Source: Thermodesulfobacteriota bacterium
GTDB taxonomy: Bacteria > Desulfobacterota > Desulfobaccia > Desulfobaccales > 0-14-0-80-60-11
Assembly: GCA_049322315.1 (NCBI GenBank)
Contig: JBMORF010000056.1
Coordinates: forward strand, 11,972-75,971
DNA: 64,000 bases
Direction: 5' to 3'
Made by a program: the position numbers and the translations under genes. The notes under the pieces are model-generated. The model searched no databases. It was not told where the DNA came from and saw nothing but the letters and a program-made list of their open reading frames with translations. Positions 27,325-34,280 of this stretch are shown here, piece after piece; within the stretch, counting starts at the first letter, position 1, and each line of letters opens with the position of its first letter.

Positions 27325-27628
27325 TCCTTTTGGGTCTGTTTCGTTGTTTATAAATATCTTAACAGTGCCTGATTTATAATCATTTCGCCCGGCAAAATCA
27401 AGATGCCGGAGACGATTTTTTCACCTTTTTTGGTGGCTTGCCCGGGAAAAGAAATTTTTTCACCGAGAGGAAATCAGAGGACGCCAGCGCAGGTCTAGAA
27501 ACGAACCAGGGGTTTTGTGAAAATTTTAGTAATTCTCGACGGATCGGGGATTTTCTCGATATTTGCAGCAGGAGCGGGGGAACCGGGGCAGTGACGGGGA
27601 AGCGGCCGGGGGCCGGCGGGCGCTGGTT

Positions 27629-27799
27629 TTAGCTGCGAAAAGCGTTGACCCGCAGATAGTTGTCGACCTTTTCCTGGTAACCGTTGAGGTCGAGGTCCTC
27701 ATCCCTGTCGTTCAGTCTCCTGACCAACCGGTAACGATCCCTTAAGGGCATCGTGAAGTAAAACGGGCTTTCTACCAATACGGAGATTATGGTTTTCAT
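27629..27799 (-). CDS. small hypothetical protein
   Basis: ATG 27799 preceded by AAAGGA; 56 aa, charged; no recognisable motif. Confidence 0.35.
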   Translation of the reverse strand: MKTIISVLVESPFYFTMPLRDRYRLVRRLNDRDEDLDLNGYQEKVDNYLRVNAFRS

Positions 27800-28056
27800 A
27801 TTCGCATTCCTTTGCAAATATAATACCCACTGGGGCTTACCTTATTCATCGTCACAAATGCGCATTTACTTCACTGGGAAAAGGAGTTTTTTAGGAAAAA
27901 AAGTCGACTTTTCCTCAAGACAATGGAGCAGGGGAGTGGCAAAAATTGCCTAGGGCAGGGGCAGTAAAGGAGGGGATGGGGCGAGCACAGCCGGTTGCGC
28001 CCCCAGGATTTAACCTAGCGGATTAGGGGTGGGCCTTGTGGGAGGGGGGCTAAGGA

Positions 28057-28081
28057 ACACAGGATAGAAAGCCTGCGCCAC
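28057..28081. repeat. REP-like hairpin, cacagg..N..cctg(c/t)gccac family
   Basis: acacaggatagaaagcctgcgccac; related copies at 32894-32915 and 48452-48485. Confidence 0.55.
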
Positions 28082-28104
28082 TAGCTCTTGGCCCCCCGCA
28101 ACCA

Positions 28105-28150
28105 TCATTCGCCAAACTTATCGTCAAAGACCTTCATGGCGCAGAATTTG
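28105..28150 (-). repeat. left direct repeat: displaced duplicate of the thiC 3' end (att-like)
   Basis: 28121-28150 identical to 31431-31460; 28105-28120 matches 31415-31430 at 11/16; reads in frame as KFCAMKVFDDKFGE*. Confidence 0.9.
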
Positions 28151-28174
28151 TTTTTTTCAGAAGCCATTTTTTTG

Positions 28175-28202
28175 TTGACATAACAGTATGTTTTTGTATT
28201 AA
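28175..28202 (+). promoter_or_regulatory. candidate sigma-70 promoter of the island operon
   Basis: TTGACA (28175-28180), 16-nt spacer, TATTAA (28197-28202); tgacataa occurs twice (28176-28183, 28205-28212). Confidence 0.4.
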
Positions 28203-28251
28203 AATGACATAAAATTATAAAAATTGTAATTTTTAAATTGCCAATAATTTC

Positions 28252-28704
28252 ATGGGCTTCACAACAAATGAAATTTTAGATTATGCGCATATTTCTGCCA
28301 GGCAATTGCGCTGGTGGGAGGAAAAACGTATTTTTAAAGCTAGTCTCAATACAAATAGACCTTGGGCAAGGAAATACTATACGCTGGAGGACCTCATCTG
28401 CGTTTTGATCGTCAAATCTCTACTTGATCATGGTGTAAGCCTTTATAGAATTAGAAAAAGTGTGGAAAGAGCCAAGGTCACTGGAGTGGAAAACCCTTTA
28501 TCGAAATTTAGAGTAGCCTGTTTAGCCAATTCTGTGGTCTTTAAAAAAGATGGTAAGTATGTCGAACCTATCTCTGGGCAAATGGTCATAGAGGAAGTGC
28601 TAAGTACAATCCGTCCACGCCTTGAACGGGATTTTCAATCAGAAATAGAAACAATTATAAATGAAGCAAACCAGCACTTTGAAAAGAAAGTTGCGAGATT
28701 TTAA
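28252..28704 (+). CDS. MerR-family HTH protein (regulator or excisionase-like)
   Basis: N-terminal FTTNEILDYAHISARQLRWWEEKRIF matches the MerR HTH pattern; 150 aa. Confidence 0.7.
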   Translation: MGFTTNEILDYAHISARQLRWWEEKRIFKASLNTNRPWARKYYTLEDLICVLIVKSLLDHGVSLYRIRKSVERAKVTGVENPLSKFRVACLANSVVFKKDGKYVEPISGQMVIEEVLSTIRPRLERDFQSEIETIINEANQHFEKKVARF

Positions 28705-28707
28705 ATA

Positions 28708-28932
28708 ATGTCAACTGCATCTTGTATTCCTTCATTTTATTTGGTCCAATTAATTGGTTTATTAATAGTAATCGTATTATTTGTTTTTGGCTTTAAAGGG
28801 GTGAAACGCACACCAGACAATTTAATGCTCAAGCAATTGTATAAATACACAGTTCATATATCTTTACTTTTTCTCGCATTAATTATTCTCTTTTCCATCA
28901 CCGTCGAACTTGTCAAATTAATTAAACAGTAA
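28708..28932 (+). CDS. 74-aa membrane peptide with two predicted TM helices
   Basis: FYLVQLIGLLIVIVLFVFGF and HISLLFLALIILFSITV hydrophobic spans; 3-nt gap after MerR-like gene. Confidence 0.5.
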   Translation: MSTASCIPSFYLVQLIGLLIVIVLFVFGFKGVKRTPDNLMLKQLYKYTVHISLLFLALIILFSITVELVKLIKQ

Positions 28933-28948
28933 AAATAGGGTTATAAGC

Positions 28949-29668
28949 ATGGCCCGATATGAAAAACAAGAACGGAAAAATATTACATTTTGGTTTGATG
29001 GTGATTATAAGGAACGACTGTCGGAAATATTGCCCCTTGCAGAACAAGATGATTTTTCAGAAAAAGATTTTAGCTGGGTCCAAAACCCCGATAGCAAGCT
29101 TATCCAGCCTTCTTCTTTAGAACTTTCGTTGGGAAAGGAAGTTTTTATTAGTAGCAGAAAAGACTTATACTTACTTAATGATAAAGACAAACATATAACT
29201 ATTCCACCGGGAGATTTCGCTCTTTTGATAACAAGAGAATATATTAAAATTCCTAATAATTGTATGGCCTTTATTTCGATCAAAAGTAAGTATAAATTTA
29301 AAGGCCTCATTAATATTTCTGGTTTCCATGTAGATCCAGGATTTGAAGGGAAATTAAAATTCTCTGTTTTTAATGCAGGCACAACAGGTCTTATATTGTC
29401 ATATGGCGATCCAGTATTTATTTTATTTATAACTTATATTCAGGGAGAAACTAAAAAAAATACATGCGAACATAATCGACAGCGACATATAGACGCAAAA
29501 GACATGGAACCGCTTATAGGAGCCCAGATTCCCTTACATGAACTGGCTCACAGATTAAGAGATGTTGAAACAAAGATAAAAATATTTGGTGGAGCTTTGG
29601 GAGGTATACTGATTGCGCTGATCGCATCTCTTTTAAGCTGGCTTGTTTTTGGGTATCCAAAGAGATAA
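28949..29668 (+). CDS. dCTP deaminase/dUTPase-fold protein with C-terminal transmembrane anchor
   Basis: LIQPSSLELSLG, ITIPPGDFALLITREYIKIP, GFHVDPGFEGKLKFSVFN align with Dcd motifs; C-terminal IFGGALGGILIALIASLLSWLVFGY. Confidence 0.75.
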   Translation: MARYEKQERKNITFWFDGDYKERLSEILPLAEQDDFSEKDFSWVQNPDSKLIQPSSLELSLGKEVFISSRKDLYLLNDKDKHITIPPGDFALLITREYIKIPNNCMAFISIKSKYKFKGLINISGFHVDPGFEGKLKFSVFNAGTTGLILSYGDPVFILFITYIQGETKKNTCEHNRQRHIDAKDMEPLIGAQIPLHELAHRLRDVETKIKIFGGALGGILIALIASLLSWLVFGYPKR

Positions 29669-29680
29669 AGGAACAATACA

Positions 29681-30796
29681 ATGCAACTATCGGAATTATG
29701 CTTAGAAATTACTGATCGTTGTATAATGAACTGTGTCCATTGTTCTACCGCAGCAAAGTTGCCCGGAAAGGTCTGGCATGAATTAAGCTTAGAAGAAATT
29801 AAATCAATAATTATTGATTTTAAAGGCTTAGGTGGGTCAATTTTAGAAATTTCGGGGGGAGAGCCAACACTCCATCAGGAATTAGTTAATATTGTGGAGT
29901 TTTCAAAAAATTTGGATTTGGAGGTAAGGCTATACACCTGTGGAGTTTCTTATCAGATCGGTTATGGGCCTTTAAATGAAGCGTTATTGAAAAAATTGCA
30001 TGACCTGGGCTTGGACAAAATTATATTCAACCTCCAGGGACCAGAAAGTAATATCCATGATCGGATAACGAGAAAACCCGGCAGTTTTATGGCGTTAAGA
30101 GAAAGCGTAACCCTCGCAAAAATGCTGGGCTTCTGGGTTGGTGCCCACTTTGTGCCTATGAAGTTAAATGCGGGGGCGTTCCCAAATGTTATCAAACTAG
30201 CAATCGATCTTAATATTGATGAAGTGGCTATTCTTAGATTTGTCCCCCAAGGCCGTGGGGAAATTAACGAAGAGGCACTGAGATTAACCAAGGTCGAATT
30301 ATGGGATTTTTTAAGGAATGTCGCAGAAATTCGACAGAAATTGGAAAACAAAATTCATTTGCGCACGGGGTGTCCTTTAGACTTCCTAAGCTTCATTGAT
30401 AAAACGGTCACCATTTGTGGCTGCAAGGCTGGCAAATCAACTTGCAGCATCACCCCCTTGGGAGAAACCATTCCGTGCCCCGGCTTTAAGCATGTAACCG
30501 AATTTGTTGCTGGCAACGTGAAAAACCAACCTTTGAGCCTAATTTGGCGAGAGTCTGAGGTTTTTAATCTTCTAAGAAGGGTTGATTTTCATGATATTTC
30601 TGGCTGTTCAGAATGCGCAAGAATTGAAATTTGCAAGGGGAGATGTGCAGCTCAACGGGTTCGGTATCATAGGAATATTTTGATGGGTCCTGATCCTGAT
30701 TGCTTGGGTCCTTATCCCCGCGAGGGTAAACTTGGGGTTCCTTTCGTTTGTCCTCCTTCCAAAATTGACATTATTTCAGAATTATCTATTGGCTGA
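29681..30796 (+). CDS. radical SAM enzyme with SPASM/twitch-like C-terminal Cys cluster domain
   Basis: CIMNCVHC (CX3CX2C), SGGEPTLH, C-terminal CGCKAGKSTCSITPLGETIPC and CSECARIEICKGRC. Confidence 0.9.
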   Translation: MQLSELCLEITDRCIMNCVHCSTAAKLPGKVWHELSLEEIKSIIIDFKGLGGSILEISGGEPTLHQELVNIVEFSKNLDLEVRLYTCGVSYQIGYGPLNEALLKKLHDLGLDKIIFNLQGPESNIHDRITRKPGSFMALRESVTLAKMLGFWVGAHFVPMKLNAGAFPNVIKLAIDLNIDEVAILRFVPQGRGEINEEALRLTKVELWDFLRNVAEIRQKLENKIHLRTGCPLDFLSFIDKTVTICGCKAGKSTCSITPLGETIPCPGFKHVTEFVAGNVKNQPLSLIWRESEVFNLLRRVDFHDISGCSECARIEICKGRCAAQRVRYHRNILMGPDPDCLGPYPREGKLGVPFVCPPSKIDIISELSIG

Positions 30797-31398
30797 TTTC
30801 CAATTAGCGCAACTATTTTTACCATATATGGCGGGATATAATTTATATCCTGTTTATTCCACCAATAAAGCTCAAACCCCAAAAATTTCTTCGTAACATC
30901 AGTAACAATAACTCCAGTTGATTCCAAAGAAAACGTTCTTTGCAATGGGTTTCGGCACTTTTTTCGATCCTTTACCGCGCATTTCTTATTTCCACACCCT
31001 TTGCAAAACCCTGAGGATAGGAACAAAAAGTCGTTCTTTAGATCTGCAATTATCTTAAATCTATTTAATAATGGTGTCAATAAAGCTTCTACCAACGACC
31101 ACTTCACATAATAATTACCTCTAAGAACACGTTCTGGGTAGTCATCTGTTAATAATTTTGCATAAATGAAAGTTGCAACACGATAATTATAATTGCATAG
31201 TATTTGTCTGAAATCGGGAGAAAAAGGAGGGCATCCACCATTTCTATTATAAAGATTGCAACCAGCTAAACAGGCTCTATTTGTTAATTCTTTATCATAT
31301 GGAATTTTGTTTGTTGGAATGGTAACCCATCCTAAACTAAGTGGATATAAGTTGCCTGTGCTTGTTTTATGAACAATTTTAGTCTCTTCAACCACCAA
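30712..31398 (-). CDS. DUF2284-like predicted metal-binding protein
   Basis: CLAGCNLYNRNGGCPPFSP and CKGCGNKKC..CRNPLQRTFSLESTGV resemble DUF2284 Cys motifs (from memory); TTG/GTG start 16 nt after thiC stop; 85-nt 3' overlap with radical SAM gene. Confidence 0.6.
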   Translation of the reverse strand: MVVEETKIVHKTSTGNLYPLSLGWVTIPTNKIPYDKELTNRACLAGCNLYNRNGGCPPFSPDFRQILCNYNYRVATFIYAKLLTDDYPERVLRGNYYVKWSLVEALLTPLLNRFKIIADLKNDFLFLSSGFCKGCGNKKCAVKDRKKCRNPLQRTFSLESTGVIVTDVTKKFLGFELYWWNKQDINYIPPYMVKIVALIGNQPIDNSEIMSILEGGQTKGTPSLPSRG

Positions 31399-31414
31399 AA
31401 TGCCTTTTTAAATA

Positions 31415-31460
31415 TCAATCGTCGAATTTCTCGTCAAAGACCTTCATGGCGCAGAATTTG
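31415..31460 (-). repeat. right direct repeat = functional 3' end of thiC (att-like)
   Basis: See 28105-28150. Confidence 0.9.
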
Positions 31461-32677
31461 CCGCACATGGTGCACTGGTCTTCCCGGGCCTGGCTCAGTT
31501 CCCGGTAGCGCTGGGCTTTATCCGGGTTGATGGACAGTTTGATCTGGGTCGGCCAATCCAGGGCCCGGCGGGCCTGGGAGATTTGCAGATCCCAGTCTGC
31601 GGCCCCGGGGATGCCTAAGGCCAGGTCCGCGGCGTGGGCGGCGATGCGGGAGGCCACCACCCCGTCGATGACGTCTTCCACCTCCGGCAGCTTCAGGTGT
31701 TCTGCGGGGGTGACGTAGCAGAGAAAGGAAGCCCCCTCGGTGGCGGCCAGGGCCCCGCCGATGGCCCCGGCGATGTGGTCGTAGCCGGAGGCCACGTCCG
31801 TGACCAAAGGCCCCAGGACGTAAAAGGGCGCGTTTTTACAGTACCTTTGCTGGAGGCGCACGTTTTTCTTGATGGCCTTCAACGGCAGATGTCCCGGGCC
31901 TTCCACCATCACCTGCACTCCCTTATCCCAGGCCCTCTGGGTCAACTCCCCCAAAACTTTTAGTTCGTGGAGCTGGGCCTTATCCGTAGCGTCGGCCAGG
32001 CACCCGGGGCGCAGGCCATCCCCCAGGGAAAGGGTCACGTCATGGGCCCGGGCGATCTCCAGCAAGCGGTCGTAGTGCTCGTATAAGGGGTTTTCCCGGC
32101 GGTGGCGCCGCATCCAGGCCACCGAAAAGGCCCCGCCCCGGGAGACCACCCCGGTGACCCGCTTTTTCAGCAAAGGGAGGGCCTTGCGGGTGACGCCGCA
32201 GTGCACCGTGACAAAATCCACCCCCTGCTGGGCGTGGTGCTCCACCATCTCCAAAAACCAGTCGCCTTTGACTTCCTCCAGGCTTTTGGCTTCGGTCATC
32301 ACCTGATAGATGGGCACGGTGCCGAAGGGCGCGGGGCAACTGTCCAGCAACGCCGTGCGCAGCTCGTCCAGGGGTCCGCCGGTGGACAGATCCATGACCG
32401 CGTCGGCCCCGTAGCGCAAGGCCGCGGCCAGTTTGGCCCGCTCTTTCTCCAGATTAACGTCGTGGGGGGAGGTGCCGATATTGGCGTTGATCTTGACCCG
32501 CACGCCCCGGCCGATGGCCGTGGGCGACAGGCCCCGGTGCCCGGGGTTGGCGGGCACTACCAGGGTACCCCGGGCCAGGCCCTGGCGGATGACCTCCGGG
32601 TCCAGTCCCTCTTTCCGGGCCGCCTGGACCATTTCTTCGGTAATTTTGCCCGCCAGGGCTGCTTCACGTTGGGTCAT
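31415..32677 (-). CDS. thiC: phosphomethylpyrimidine synthase ThiC (short, anaerobe-type form)
   Basis: MTQREAALAGKITEEM.., VPANPGH, C-terminal CTMCGKFCAMK Fe-S motif; start at ATG 32677 rather than the upstream TTG of the track ORF. Confidence 0.95.
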   Translation of the reverse strand: MTQREAALAGKITEEMVQAARKEGLDPEVIRQGLARGTLVVPANPGHRGLSPTAIGRGVRVKINANIGTSPHDVNLEKERAKLAAALRYGADAVMDLSTGGPLDELRTALLDSCPAPFGTVPIYQVMTEAKSLEEVKGDWFLEMVEHHAQQGVDFVTVHCGVTRKALPLLKKRVTGVVSRGGAFSVAWMRRHRRENPLYEHYDRLLEIARAHDVTLSLGDGLRPGCLADATDKAQLHELKVLGELTQRAWDKGVQVMVEGPGHLPLKAIKKNVRLQQRYCKNAPFYVLGPLVTDVASGYDHIAGAIGGALAATEGASFLCYVTPAEHLKLPEVEDVIDGVVASRIAAHAADLALGIPGAADWDLQISQARRALDWPTQIKLSINPDKAQRYRELSQAREDQCTMCGKFCAMKVFDEKFDD

Positions 32678-32820
32678 ATCGTCAGATTCTTTAAGGGAGG
32701 GCGGGGGGCTATGATCCTCCCTACGTATTAGGGTTTTATAATTGCATTCTATCTGAATTCCCGGGGAAAAGAAAGCCCGTGAGGACCTGCTCAAAATGGC
32801 TTAGCCCACCCTATTCATGA
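32678..32820 (-). ncRNA. candidate, atypical TPP (THI-box) riboswitch in the thiC leader
   Basis: Leader contains AGGGUG..UUGAGC..CCCC..GAAUUCAGAU..ACGUAGGGAGG resembling GGGGUG / CUGAGA / ACCC / CCUGAU / GCGUAGGGA. The P4-P5 region does not fit the consensus by eye. Confidence 0.35.
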
Positions 32821-32893
32821 AGTTTTTTAAATATAGGCTAACCTATTGAAATACAAGGGGTTTTAAACTGACCCAAAAAGCAGAGTGTTTTTT

Positions 32894-32915
32894 GCACAGG
32901 CTGGAAAGCCTGTGC
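32894..32915. repeat. REP-like hairpin gcacaggct-ggaa-agcctgtgc
   Basis: 9-bp perfect stem; same family as 28057-28081 and 48452-48485. Confidence 0.7.
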
Positions 32916-33017
32916 CACCGAGTTTTTTGCATCCTGGCGAATTATCCGGAGTAGAAAAACCCCTCCCCGGCGATTTCCTCCTTGTCCATGATGCCTGCTA
33001 ACCCCAAACCCCCTGAC

Positions 33018-33054
33018 CACTGGCCACTGATCACTGATCACTGATCACTGATCA
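33018..33054. repeat. heptamer microsatellite (cactgat)n, about 5 units
   Basis: cactggc cactgat cactgat cactgat cactgat ca in the thiC-dxr divergent intergenic region. Confidence 0.9.
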
Positions 33055-33095
33055 TTTATCACTTTTCTTTGCAGCCGGGGAATGAATCAGTTAAT

Positions 33096-34280
33096 ATGGA
33101 GGTTGTGAAAAAATTAGCCATCTTAGGGTCCACCGGGTCCATCGGCCAGAGCACTCTGGCGGTGGTCACGGAGCACCCCCAGGAATTCGTGGTCAAGGGC
33201 CTGGCCGCGGGCCGGAACATGGAGGTCCTGGCCGCGCAAATCCGGCAATTTCAACCGGATTTGGTCTCGGTTCAGGATGGAGAAAGCGCCGCCCGTTTGC
33301 GGGATTTGCTGCCCTCCGGGAATACCCCGGATATTCTCCCGGGTCCCCAGGGCGCGGCCGCCGTAGCCACCGCCCTGGGAGTGGACCTGGTGGTCTCCGC
33401 CATGGTGGGCGCCGCGGGCCTGGAACCGACCCTGGCGGCCATTAACGCCGGGTTGCCGGTGGCCCTGGCCAACAAAGAGACCCTGGTGGCCGCGGGCTCC
33501 CTGGTGATGGCCGCGGCCCAAAAAAAGGGCGTCGCCCTGATCCCCGTGGACAGCGAGCACAGCGCCCTGATGCAGGCCATGGAAGGCCAACGCCGGGAAG
33601 ACGTGAAAAAGCTGTGGCTCACCGCTTCCGGCGGGCCTTTCCGGTCCTGGCCCGGGTCCCGGCTGGCTCACGTCACCCCGGCCGAGGCCCTGCGCCATCC
33701 CAACTGGAACATGGGGGCCAAGATCACCATTGATTCCGCCACCATGATGAACAAGGCCCTGGAGGTCATCGAGGCCCATATCCTCTTCGATATGCCGGTG
33801 GAGCGGATCGGGGTCTATATCCATCCCCAGAGCATCATCCATTCCCTGGTGGAGTTTGTGGACGGCTCGGTGATCGCCCAATTGGGGGTGCCGGATATGC
33901 GGCTGCCCATCGCCTATGCCTTGAGCTATCCCCGGCGCCTGCCCTTGAGCGGCCCCTCCCTGGACCTGGGTCAACTCGGGCAACTGACTTTTGAGGAGCC
34001 GGACCTGGAGCGCTTCCCCTCCCTCAAGTTGGGCTTTGACGCCGCCCGCGCCGGGGGCACCATGCCCGCGGTGCTCAACGCCGCCAACGAAGTGGCGGTG
34101 GCCGCCTTCCTGGAAGAGCGCCTGCATTTTTTGGGAATTCCCCATGTGGTGGAGGAGACCATGGCGGCCCACACCTCCGGGCCGATTCAGGACCTGGACC
34201 ACGTCCTGGGAGTCAACCACTGGGCCCGGGAGTTCGCCGGGCGTCTGATTGAGGAAAAAGGAGCAACAACCCTTTCATGA
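33096..34280 (+). CDS. dxr: 1-deoxy-D-xylulose 5-phosphate reductoisomerase
   Basis: KKLAILGSTGSIGQSTL, LANKE, SEHSA, NWNMG.KITIDSATMMNK motifs. Confidence 0.95.
   Translation: MEVVKKLAILGSTGSIGQSTLAVVTEHPQEFVVKGLAAGRNMEVLAAQIRQFQPDLVSVQDGESAARLRDLLPSGNTPDILPGPQGAAAVATALGVDLVVSAMVGAAGLEPTLAAINAGLPVALANKETLVAAGSLVMAAAQKKGVALIPVDSEHSALMQAMEGQRREDVKKLWLTASGGPFRSWPGSRLAHVTPAEALRHPNWNMGAKITIDSATMMNKALEVIEAHILFDMPVERIGVYIHPQSIIHSLVEFVDGSVIAQLGVPDMRLPIAYALSYPRRLPLSGPSLDLGQLGQLTFEEPDLERFPSLKLGFDAARAGGTMPAVLNAANEVAVAAFLEERLHFLGIPHVVEETMAAHTSGPIQDLDHVLGVNHWAREFAGRLIEEKGATTLS

Larger units (their letters stand above)
28105..31460. mobile_element. AT-rich genomic island integrated at the 3' end of thiC (no integrase present)
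   Basis: Flanking direct repeats; abrupt drop to about one-third G+C between them; five ORFs unrelated to neighbours. Confidence 0.65.

Noticed and set aside
27381-27410. GGCAT..TTTGC sigma-54-like sequence upstream of the cytochrome operon (minus strand)
   Set aside because: The GG to GC spacing is two nucleotides too long for a -24/-12 promoter.
33018-33054. Tandem repeats considered as a possible CRISPR array
   Set aside because: The units are 7 nt with no spacers. No repeat-spacer architecture or cas genes occur anywhere in the window.
33123-34220. 365-aa minus-strand ORF
   Set aside because: Antisense shadow of dxr; low-complexity Gly/His/Gln-rich translation.
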